Assembly (NCBI GenBank): GCA_050693155.1 | Contig: JBOGWA010000128.1 | Coordinates: 10,668-74,667, forward strand | DNA: 64,000 nucleotides | Direction: 5' to 3' | From: Actinomycetota bacterium | GTDB taxonomy: Bacteria > Actinomycetota > UBA4738 > CALAEC01 | Shown here: piece by piece, positions 56,697-64,000 of the stretch | Layout: each line of letters begins with the position of its first letter | Numbering within the stretch: the first letter of the stretch is position 1 | The notes under the pieces: generated by a model | Database searches by the model: none | What the model was told of the DNA's origin: nothing | Seen by the model: only the letters and a program-made list of their open reading frames with translations | Position numbers and translations under genes: made by a program

Positions 56697-57692
56697 ATGC
56701 GGATCCTCGTGGTGTCCTCGTATCCGCCGCGACACTGCGGGATCGGCTCGTACACGCGCGGGCACGTGGAGCAGCTCCGCCGGGAGGGCCACCACGTGAC
56801 GGTCCTTTCGCCTCCGGACGGCGACGGCGACGAACGAAGCTACTTCTTCTCCGGTCGGCCATTCTTCCGGGCCGCTCGGACCGGGGCCGAGTTCGAGCGG
56901 ATCATCGTTCACTTTCAACCGGCCCTCTACTACCGGCCGCGGGCTCCTTTCGCGAAGGTGCTGGCGTCGCTCGGTCTTGCCTGGCTCTGCCTCCGGAGAA
57001 GACAGACCGAGGTGCTCGTCCACGAGGCGGACTCCCCCAACCTGTGGAGGCCGGACTACCTGCTGCTTGCGCTCGCGTTTCGCCTGGCGCCGGTTCTGCT
57101 GTTTCATACCGCCGCGGAACGCGACGCCCTCGAACGGGCGTATCGAGTGCGCGTTCGGGCACGGCTCGTTCGGCATACGGACGGGATCCTCGTGGCAGGC
57201 CCCACGGGCCGAGCCGACGCGCGGCGCAGACTGGGCATCCTCGACGGCGAGACGCTCTTCGTGTGCCCGGGATTCCTGCACCCCGACAAGGGGTTCGAGC
57301 GCGCGGTGATGGCGTTCCGCGATTCGGGTGGAGGGCGCCTTGTCGTTCTCGGCTCGGTGCGGGATGAGTCTCCGGAGAAGCGAGCCTACGCCGGGCGTCT
57401 CCGTGCGCTCGTAGAGACGACTCCAGGCGCCGAGCTGCTGGAGCGATTCGTCGACGCCGAGGAATTCGACGCCTGGATCGCCGCCGCCGACGCCGTCGTG
57501 CTCCCGTACCGTCGCTCCTGGTCCTCCGGCGCGCTCGCCCGTGCCCAGGTGATCGGGACGCCGGCGATCGTTTCCGACGTCGGCGGGCTCGCCGAGCAGG
57601 CAGGCGACCGCGACGTCGTGATCCGGACTGATGAGGAACTTCGCAAGACGCTTACCGCGATGGCCCGCCCCGTACCCGAGGTTCGGGCGTGA
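56697..57692 (+). CDS. GT-B-fold glycosyltransferase (GT4-like)
   Basis: 331 aa. Starts immediately after the wzt stop. GT-B pattern only, without a sharp motif. Confidence 0.65.
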   Translation: MRILVVSSYPPRHCGIGSYTRGHVEQLRREGHHVTVLSPPDGDGDERSYFFSGRPFFRAARTGAEFERIIVHFQPALYYRPRAPFAKVLASLGLAWLCLRRRQTEVLVHEADSPNLWRPDYLLLALAFRLAPVLLFHTAAERDALERAYRVRVRARLVRHTDGILVAGPTGRADARRRLGILDGETLFVCPGFLHPDKGFERAVMAFRDSGGGRLVVLGSVRDESPEKRAYAGRLRALVETTPGAELLERFVDAEEFDAWIAAADAVVLPYRRSWSSGALARAQVIGTPAIVSDVGGLAEQAGDRDVVIRTDEELRKTLTAMARPVPEVRA

Positions 57693-57787
57693 GATGGCTT
57701 CGTCGACAACCTGCTCATGAGCATACGAGCCCCCTGGATGTCGACTACGAACCACCCCCGCCGCCGGGGGAGGGGAGGAGAACTCGC

Positions 57788-58159
57788 ATGATCCTCGCGT
57801 TCATCCTGCTTTCGGTTGCGCTCGCCGCGGTCGCCCAGCTCGTTCTCAAGTACGGCATGAATCAGGTCGGGCCGATCGGCAAGGTCGCGCTCCAAGACCC
57901 CGTCGCCACCGCCCTCAGGGTCGCGCGGCAGCCGACCGTCTGGGTGGGCCTCGCCCTATTCGGCGTCTCGGCGGTTTTCTGGCTCGTGGTTCTTTCGCGG
58001 ACCTCGCTCTCCTTCGCCTATCCCTTCGCGGCGCTGTCCTACGTTCTGATCCTGCTCTTCGACCGGCTCGCTTTGAACGAGCCGATCTCGGGACTGCGCT
58101 ACGGCGGGGTCGTGTTGATCATCGGAGGGCTCCTTCTCATCTCGAGAACCGGAAGCTAA
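57788..58159 (+). CDS. Small EamA/ArnE-like DMT-superfamily membrane protein (putative polyprenyl-phosphate-sugar flippase subunit)
   Basis: 123 aa from the ATG at 57788, preceded by GGGAGGGGAGGAG. Four predicted transmembrane segments and an LSFAYP motif. Confidence 0.5.
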   Translation: MILAFILLSVALAAVAQLVLKYGMNQVGPIGKVALQDPVATALRVARQPTVWVGLALFGVSAVFWLVVLSRTSLSFAYPFAALSYVLILLFDRLALNEPISGLRYGGVVLIIGGLLLISRTGS

Positions 58160-58167
58160 GGCCCTCG

Positions 58168-59016
58168 ATGCCGGGCACGCTTGCCGTCGTCGTCGTGAAT
58201 TACAACGCGGGTGACTACCTCGCGCGCTGCATCGGATCGATCTATCGGTCGGCCTCGGACCTGGAACTCGACGTCGTCGTCATCGACAACGCATCGCGCG
58301 ACGGAAGCACCGACCGGGCAAAGATCGCCTATCCGACGGTTCGCGTGCTGGAGAACCCGGTGAATCGTGGGTTCGCGGCTGCCGCGAACCAGGGAATCCG
58401 AGCCACCACGGCCCCCTACATATTCCTTTTGAACCCCGATGCGGAGATCACCGGCGGGATGCTCGGGGCGTTTGTGAAGCTCGCCGATGATCGGCCGCGG
58501 GCCGGTGCGGTGGGCCCGCTCGTGCGGAATCCGGACGGCTCGGTTCAGCCGTCGGCTCGGAAAGTGCCGGGGATCCTGGAATCGCTCGTCCATGCGTTTG
58601 TCGGCCCGGCCTGGCCGAACAACCCCTTTACTCGCTCGTACACCCTCTCGGACTGGGACCGCACGACCGAACGGGAGGTGGAGTGGCTGTCCGGCTCGGC
58701 CGTCCTCCTCCGGCGTGCCGCCGTCGAGGAGATCGGACTCTACGACGAGGGCTTCTTCATGTACGTCGAGGACGTTGATCTCTGCACCCGGCTTCGCGCG
58801 GCGGGATGGCAGGTCGTCTTCTCGCCCGAGCTCGAGGTGACGCACGTGATCGGGGTCTCGGCTCGTGGGCAGACGCGACGCATGGCGAGGGAGCACTCGC
58901 GAAGCATCTACAGGTACTTCGCGAAGCACGCTCGTGGCCCCGAGGCGCTGCTTCGACCATTCGTCCGACTGGCGCTCTGGTTCCGGGCCCTCCTGGCCGC
59001 CAGGGAGAAGCGTTGA
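58168..59016 (+). CDS. Glycosyltransferase family 2, WbbL-like (candidate rhamnosyltransferase or polyprenyl-phosphate glycosyltransferase)
   Basis: 282 aa. Motifs VVVNYN, VIDNASRDGS, and DVDLC (a DXD region). The gene order GT2 followed by a ManB-like gene after rmlD resembles the mycobacterial rmlD-wbbL-manB arrangement. Confidence 0.7.
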   Translation: MPGTLAVVVVNYNAGDYLARCIGSIYRSASDLELDVVVIDNASRDGSTDRAKIAYPTVRVLENPVNRGFAAAANQGIRATTAPYIFLLNPDAEITGGMLGAFVKLADDRPRAGAVGPLVRNPDGSVQPSARKVPGILESLVHAFVGPAWPNNPFTRSYTLSDWDRTTEREVEWLSGSAVLLRRAAVEEIGLYDEGFFMYVEDVDLCTRLRAAGWQVVFSPELEVTHVIGVSARGQTRRMAREHSRSIYRYFAKHARGPEALLRPFVRLALWFRALLAAREKR

Positions 59017-60023
59017 AAGCGGTCGTCCTCGTCGGAGGGGAAGGGACGCGGCTTCGACCGCTGACCGAGACGACCCCGAAGCCGTTGATCCCTTTCTTGA
59101 ATCGCGCGTTCCTTCACCACGTCCTCGACTATCTCGCACGCCACGGCGTCGACGAGGTCGTGCTCTCCTCCCCGTACCTGGAAGAGGAGTTCACCGGCTT
59201 CCTCGCAGAACGTCGAGGTGCGCCCTCGGTCACGTGGATCACCGAGGAGACGCCGCTCGGGACCGGGGGAGCGGTCGCGGGCGCCCGTCACCTGATGGAC
59301 GAGACGTTCCTCGTCCTGAACGGCGACATCCTGACCGATCTCGATCTCGGCGCCATCGTTTCGTTTCACCGCGATCGCGGCTCGATGGCCACGATCGCGC
59401 TCACCCACGTCCCCGACGCGCGAGCCTTCGGGCTCGTTGAACGTGACGCCGATGGCGTCGTGACCGCCTTTCGTGAGAAGCCGGAAGACCCGATCCCCGG
59501 GGACGTGAACGCCGGGACCTACGTCCTCGAACCCGAGGCGCTCGGCGGGGCGCCTCCGGGGGTCGCGGTCTCCATCGAGCGGGAGACGTTCCCAAGCCTC
59601 ATCGAAGCGGGCGCGGCCGTGTACGGGTTCGTTTGGGAGGGGTACTGGCGTGACTTGGGAACGCCCGAGTCCTACTTGGAAGCTCACCTCGACGCATTGG
59701 ATGGGCGGATCGGCGGGCTGCGACCCGCGGCGCCGCTGCTGGGCGAAGGAGCAGTGGTGGCGTCGGGTGCATTGGTGGCGCCGACCGCGACGATAGGGCC
59801 CGAGGCAGCGATCGGAACGGGGGCGCGGATCGAACGCTCCGTCCTTCACGAACGCGTCCGGATCGGCGAGGACGCACGAGTCGACGGCAGCATTCTCGGA
59901 GCCGATGTCGAGGTCGGAGCGGGCGCGATCGTGCGTGACGCCATTGTCAGCGCCGGCGCCCGGATCGCCGATGGGGTTCGCGTGAGCGGGGGGCGTATCG
60001 GTCCCGGCGACACGGTCGGATAG
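59013..60023 (+). CDS. NDP-sugar pyrophosphorylase, mannose-1-phosphate guanylyltransferase-like, with a C-terminal left-handed beta-helix
   Basis: 336 aa from a TTG overlapping the GT2 stop (TTGA), with GGGAGAAG upstream. N-terminus KAVVLVGGEGTRLRPLTETTPKPL and C-terminal hexapeptide repeats. Confidence 0.8.
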   Translation: MKAVVLVGGEGTRLRPLTETTPKPLIPFLNRAFLHHVLDYLARHGVDEVVLSSPYLEEEFTGFLAERRGAPSVTWITEETPLGTGGAVAGARHLMDETFLVLNGDILTDLDLGAIVSFHRDRGSMATIALTHVPDARAFGLVERDADGVVTAFREKPEDPIPGDVNAGTYVLEPEALGGAPPGVAVSIERETFPSLIEAGAAVYGFVWEGYWRDLGTPESYLEAHLDALDGRIGGLRPAAPLLGEGAVVASGALVAPTATIGPEAAIGTGARIERSVLHERVRIGEDARVDGSILGADVEVGAGAIVRDAIVSAGARIADGVRVSGGRIGPGDTVG

Positions 60024-60090
60024 GCGAAATCCGAGAGAACATGCACCTGATGTGCTAGGTTGAGGCGCCCGGCGACGCCGCCGGTGGACG

Positions 60091-61785
60091 ATGAAACGGA
60101 TCGCCCTCACTCTTTCCTTCTGCGTGATCGCCGGCATGTTTGCTGCGTCGGGGACTCCCGCGAGCGCGGCCTCCTCCTTTACGTTCTTCGGCGCCGGTCG
60201 CGGACATGGCATCGGGATGAGCCAGTACGGGGCATACGGTCTCGCCCAAGAGGGCTGGACCGCCGAGCGGATCGTCCGCCACTACTACACGGGCACCCAG
60301 GTCCAGAATCGGCAGCCTCCTGCCAACCTCTTCCGGATCGGCCTGCTCCAGAGCCGGGAGACGACGAAGGTCGTGGCCGAGCGCGGTTCGTACGAGATTC
60401 TCGTCGATGGGCAGGTCATCGAGTCGGTCGGTGAGGGACAGGCCCGGACGATCAAGGTCACCGACGACAAGCGCTTCCGGATCCTCCGCGCGGATGGCTC
60501 GGCGGTGGGTGAGCCGGTCGGTTCTCCCAACCAGCCGCTTCGCATCGAGCGGGTTGACGGCGGACCTCAGCCGGCGATCGCGAGGGTCGTGGAATGGGGT
60601 CACGGGATGGCACGTGGCGAGATCGAGCTCGTGATCATCGGGCCCGGGAAGGCCAACGTCGTCGCGCTCGTGGATCCGGAGGAGTATCTCTACGGCATCT
60701 CGGAGGTCCCGTCCTCTTGGCCGGCGGCAGCGCTCGAGGCGCAGGCGATCGCGGCTCGCACCTACGCCTACCGCAAGGTCGCGAACGCCGCGAACCAGAG
60801 CGGCTGCAGCTGCGGTTTGTATGGGTCGACGCGTGACCAGGCCTACACCGGATGGGACAAGGAGTCCTCGACCGACGGGGATCGATGGGTTGCCGCAGTC
60901 GACGCGACCGCTCAGATGGTCGCCACCTACAACGGGGACTTCATCTACACGTTCTATTCCGCGTCGAGCGGTGGGTTTACCGAGAACATCGAGAACGTCT
61001 GGGCGGCGTCGTCGCCACAACCGTACCTGAAGGGCGTCTGCGATCCCGGTGACTTCGTGAACGCGAATCCCGACAGGGTGTGGAGCGAGCAGATGTCCGG
61101 ATCCGACGCGGCGGTCGGTCTCGGAAGTCCCCAGGGCATGGCGCAGGTCACTCGGATCAACGTCGTGGAGCGCGGCGTGTCGGGGCGAGTGGTGAAGGCA
61201 GAGATCGTCGGCACGACCGCATCAGGTGAACGGGTCAGCATCAGCGAGACCGGCTGGGATCTGCGCGGGCCGTTCGGGCTCGGCGATTCGCGTTGGTGGG
61301 TGAACGCAAACCGAAATGTCACTGGAAAGATCCGTCAGGAGTATGACGGCGTGATGTGCGCTCCCGGCCTCGCGACCAGCAACCAGCGGAATGTCTCCGG
61401 AGGGGCGTATCAGACGTTTCAGGAGGGCCGGATCTACGAAAACGACGCGACGGGTTCCGCCGTCTGGCTCCGCGGCGCGGTCCTTGCCAAGTACCTGAAG
61501 CTCAAGGGGCACACGTCGTTCCTCGGCCTTCCCCGAAAGCAGCTCGTTGTGAAGAAGGGCAAACGCGTGATCTTCGAGGGTGGCGAGATTTACACGAAGG
61601 GCGCCACCGGTACACACGAGCTCCACGGCGCGGTCCTGGCTGCCTTCCTCGAGGAGAACGGCGTGAAGGGCCCGCTGGGCTTCCCCACGACCGACGTCTC
61701 GAAGCGCCGGGGAACGGCCCACGCGGAGTTCGAAGGCGGGCGGATCGTCTGCCCGAGGAACGGGTCCTGCAGGATCAGGACCTAG
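60091..61785 (+). CDS. Secreted SpoIID/LytB-domain protein with C-terminal LGFP repeats
   Basis: 564 aa. Signal peptide, then SpoIID/LytB region (GHGIGMSQYGAYGLAQEG...FYSASSGGFTEN), and at least two LGFP-type repeats at the C-terminus. Confidence 0.75.
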   Translation: MKRIALTLSFCVIAGMFAASGTPASAASSFTFFGAGRGHGIGMSQYGAYGLAQEGWTAERIVRHYYTGTQVQNRQPPANLFRIGLLQSRETTKVVAERGSYEILVDGQVIESVGEGQARTIKVTDDKRFRILRADGSAVGEPVGSPNQPLRIERVDGGPQPAIARVVEWGHGMARGEIELVIIGPGKANVVALVDPEEYLYGISEVPSSWPAAALEAQAIAARTYAYRKVANAANQSGCSCGLYGSTRDQAYTGWDKESSTDGDRWVAAVDATAQMVATYNGDFIYTFYSASSGGFTENIENVWAASSPQPYLKGVCDPGDFVNANPDRVWSEQMSGSDAAVGLGSPQGMAQVTRINVVERGVSGRVVKAEIVGTTASGERVSISETGWDLRGPFGLGDSRWWVNANRNVTGKIRQEYDGVMCAPGLATSNQRNVSGGAYQTFQEGRIYENDATGSAVWLRGAVLAKYLKLKGHTSFLGLPRKQLVVKKGKRVIFEGGEIYTKGATGTHELHGAVLAAFLEENGVKGPLGFPTTDVSKRRGTAHAEFEGGRIVCPRNGSCRIRT

Positions 61786-61797
61786 GAAGAGACGAGC

Positions 61798-62532
61798 TCA
61801 GGGCGCGCTTGGCTCCGGAGCCGTAGACGCGTTCCGGTACTTCGCGATGAATCCATCGGCGACGAGCTTCAGATCGTCGATGTCAACCGCGTCATCGACG
61901 CTGCACTCTTGCAACCTCGTCCAGGCAGCGAACGCGACGTTCGTCCCGTCCGCCAGACTCGGGTGCGGCGCCAGGATGACCTCTACCTCCGATTCGGCGA
62001 TCTCGGTCAGGGCATCAACCACGTCCTGCTCGACGCCTTCCGCGTCCGCCCGGTAGTACATGAGGACGTAGCCGTGCTCGAAATTGTGAACGGCCCGAAA
62101 CTCGAGGCTGGGATCGAAGGCCTGCTCGTAGACGGGCACATCCCGGGGAAGTGGCGATGAGAAATGCGGGCCCGAGTTCGCCGGCTGCGTGGCGTAGGTC
62201 GGCGGCGTCTCCACGTGGTTCTGCCCCTCGCTCTGGAGCTCCTGAACCTCACCGCAGCCGATCCGCGCGGCGGCAGCGGCAGCTTTCTGCTCGCGCTCAC
62301 GATCGGCCGCTCCTTGAACGAAGATGAAGGCGGTGACCCCCCCGCCGATCGCGGCGAGCATTCCAACGATGGCCGCGCGCCTCAGCCAAACGCGTCGCCT
62401 GGCGCGGCGGATCAGTTGTTCCCGCTGCTGCCGCGCAAGGTCCTTCTTCGCCTGGCGAGCCGACGCCTCCTCAGGTGCTGCGAGCGCCGCCGGCGGGCTC
62501 CACTTCTTTCTTCGTCGTTTCCTCTTTGCCAT
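61798..62532 (-). CDS. Membrane-anchored DUF3105-domain protein
   Basis: 244 aa. Basic N-terminus, one transmembrane segment, and a DUF3105-like VHNFEHGYVLMYY motif. Confidence 0.6.
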   Translation of the reverse strand: MAKRKRRRKKWSPPAALAAPEEASARQAKKDLARQQREQLIRRARRRVWLRRAAIVGMLAAIGGGVTAFIFVQGAADREREQKAAAAAARIGCGEVQELQSEGQNHVETPPTYATQPANSGPHFSSPLPRDVPVYEQAFDPSLEFRAVHNFEHGYVLMYYRADAEGVEQDVVDALTEIAESEVEVILAPHPSLADGTNVAFAAWTRLQECSVDDAVDIDDLKLVADGFIAKYRNASTAPEPSAP

Positions 62533-62574
62533 GTTTGGCAGCCTCAGGGCTTTATACGTGGGAGCGGCGCACCA

Positions 62575-63873
62575 CTATAGGTCACGAAGGCGCGCCGCCG
62601 GGTCGATCGGGGCGCGGGGAGGGCGATCCTCCTCTGGAGCAAGACCCGCGGCCACCGATCCCATCGGAAGCCATTCATCTTCGAGGCCGATGGCTTCCCG
62701 TACTTCGTCTTTGCAGAAGAGCGTTGAGGAGACCCAGCATGACCCGTACCCCTGCGCGTGGAGCGCGAGCATGAAGTTCTGGACGGCGGCCCCCGTCGCG
62801 AGGAGAAACATCTCCCGCTCCGCCTGTCTGCGGCGCTCGTCCGGATAATCGTCGGCGACTCCGAGACTGAGCGCAGGGATCGCCAGCACGGGCGCTCGAC
62901 CGAGGAAGGCTTCGGAACGAGCGATCCGACGAGCGATGGTCTCGGCCGCGACGCCGTCTCCCTGGAGGTCGCGCTGCCACGCGGCGGCCATGGCGCCGAG
63001 CAGACGCTTCCGCGCGGCAGGGGAGTCCAACACGACCCAGAGCCACGGGCGGGTTCGGTGTCGTGATCCGTGGGGAACGGGAGCGGTGAGCGAAGCTTCC
63101 ACGGCTTCCAGAAGCGCGTCGCGCGGGACCGGCCCCGGTTCGAACTCCCGGATGGATCGTCGTGAGGAGATCGCGAGGAGGGAGGACTCGCGAAACAGGT
63201 CCTCATCTCGGTCCCGGACGAGGTCCCGCGCGACGCCGGGCGGCCCTTCCGGCTCGAGCCCACGGACGACCGCTGCCGGAACCCCATCGGCCTTGCCCAT
63301 CACGAGCCCGGCCACCGCCGCGATCTCGTCCGCCAGGGCCACGACGGTCGTCTCAAGCAGCCTGCCCTGCGCATCCTTCGTCCCCCGGAGATCGACAAGG
63401 GCCGGCAGCCCCGCGCATCCGATCGCGACGTTGACCAGGCCGCTTCGCCATGGTCGTCCGAAGGTGTCGGTAATCACGACGCCGACATCGATGCCGAGGC
63501 GGTCTCGGATCGCCGTCCGCAGTCGCTCGGCGGAGCCATCGGGGTCAACCGGCAGAAGCGATAGGAACCCTTCGGGCACGTTGGACCGGTCCACCCCGGC
63601 GTTCGCGCAGACGAATCCGTGGCTCGTCTCCGCGATCAACAAATCGCCCCTCCTCGCCACGACGCGGCGTGTTTCGCGAGCAACCCAGCCGCCGCGGCCG
63701 TCGCCGTCGGGAACGACCCGCCCCTCGGCCTTCGAGACGACCTTCTGGGTAACGACGAGGACGTCGTCCTCCTGCAACGCCTCGCCGCCGGGGGCCTGGA
63801 CGATGAGCTCGGCGAGGTCGTCCCCCTCTCCGACCTCTCCGATGCCTCGAACCGAAATGACCTCGACGCTCAT
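62575..63873 (-). CDS. fbiB: Bifunctional F420 biosynthesis protein FbiB (CofE-like gamma-glutamyl ligase plus nitroreductase-like dehydro-F420-0 reductase domain)
   Basis: 432 aa. N-terminal CofE fold, and a C-terminal nitroreductase domain (SRRSIREFEPGPVP). Confidence 0.85.
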   Translation of the reverse strand: MSVEVISVRGIGEVGEGDDLAELIVQAPGGEALQEDDVLVVTQKVVSKAEGRVVPDGDGRGGWVARETRRVVARRGDLLIAETSHGFVCANAGVDRSNVPEGFLSLLPVDPDGSAERLRTAIRDRLGIDVGVVITDTFGRPWRSGLVNVAIGCAGLPALVDLRGTKDAQGRLLETTVVALADEIAAVAGLVMGKADGVPAAVVRGLEPEGPPGVARDLVRDRDEDLFRESSLLAISSRRSIREFEPGPVPRDALLEAVEASLTAPVPHGSRHRTRPWLWVVLDSPAARKRLLGAMAAAWQRDLQGDGVAAETIARRIARSEAFLGRAPVLAIPALSLGVADDYPDERRRQAEREMFLLATGAAVQNFMLALHAQGYGSCWVSSTLFCKDEVREAIGLEDEWLPMGSVAAGLAPEEDRPPRAPIDPAARLRDL

Positions 63874-64000
63874 TCGTCGAGCGCGTCGAGGGTGACCCGG
63901 GCGAGCGTCTCGGCAGCGCGGTCGTCCACCATGATCGTGTCGGTAACCGCGACCCGGACCCCCAGGGCGGCCTCGATGCGTGGGATAAGCGAGTCATCTC
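63870..64000 (-). CDS. fbiA: C-terminal 43 codons of an upstream gene; 2-phospho-L-lactate transferase FbiA/CofD is expected from synteny (partial at window end)
   Basis: Open frame ending in TGA that overlaps the fbiB ATG (ATGA). Only 43 codons are visible, so the identity rests on the fbiA-fbiB operon convention. Confidence 0.35.
   Translation of the reverse strand, partial: DDSLIPRIEAALGVRVAVTDTIMVDDRAAETLARVTLDALDE

Noticed and set aside
1-64000. CRISPR arrays, transposases, integrases, phage genes
   Set aside because: No regularly spaced direct repeats. No DDE or tyrosine-recombinase motifs were seen in any supported ORF. The Cas4-like nuclease at 25180 has no cas or repeat neighbours.

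Overview
High-GC (roughly 70% by eye), gene-dense chromosomal segment on both strands, probably from an actinobacterium-like organism. Supporting signs are the F420 genes fbiA/fbiB, an LCP-rml-wbbL-manB cell-wall locus with mycobacterial-type synteny, and an SthA close to the M. tuberculosis sequence. I support about 64 protein-coding genes and found no rRNA, tRNA, CRISPR array, transposase or integrase. Many adjacent genes are translationally coupled by 4-nt start/stop overlaps (ATGA/GTGA/TTGA), and non-ATG starts are frequent. As a result the supplied ORF track often over-extends N-termini or shows spurious antisense ORFs. The main loci are listed below.

- **1-3588 (minus):** an operon of fatty-acyl-AMP-ligase-like enzyme, cytochrome P450 and a secreted protein.
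- **6138-44251, scattered:** ethylmalonyl-CoA / propionyl-CoA metabolism genes, comprising an Ecm-like B12 mutase, Hbd, PccB, Ccr, Mce and a thiolase.
- **12106-15269 (minus):** an operon of GT4, GT2 and a class-V PLP enzyme.
- **15756-23212 (minus):** a complete Tad/Flp pilus locus (flp, tadG, tadE x2, cpaB, cpaE, cpaF, tadB, tadC) next to a LuxR regulator.
- **26276-31595:** histidine utilisation genes hutH-hutU-hutG, convergent with hutI.
- **37320-42932 (most interesting):** a compact convergent cluster. On the plus strand there is an acyl-CoA-dehydrogenase-like enzyme, a free-standing adenylation enzyme and a small carrier protein, all translationally coupled. By-eye alignment of the adenylation enzyme to GrsA gives the specificity code D-L-F-Y-L-A-L-V-C-K. 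From memory this is the signature of pyrrole-forming L-prolyl-AMP ligases, which would make the three genes a pyrrolyl/dehydroprolyl-S-PCP cassette. On the minus strand, facing it, is an operon of a CADD-like heme-oxygenase-like diiron protein (homolog of the Chlamydia self-sacrificing pABA synthase, with ligands, Tyr and Lys conserved), two tandem hotdog thioesterases and a SAM methyltransferase. No KS, C-domain or halogenase partner is present.
- **48708-60023 (plus):** a cell-envelope polysaccharide locus with LCP, long-form RmlA, RmlC/B/D, an ABC exporter (Wzm, and Wzt with a C-terminal glycan-binding domain), three glycosyltransferases, a WbbL-like GT2 and a ManB-like pyrophosphorylase.
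- **61798-64000:** DUF3105, fbiB and a partial fbiA.
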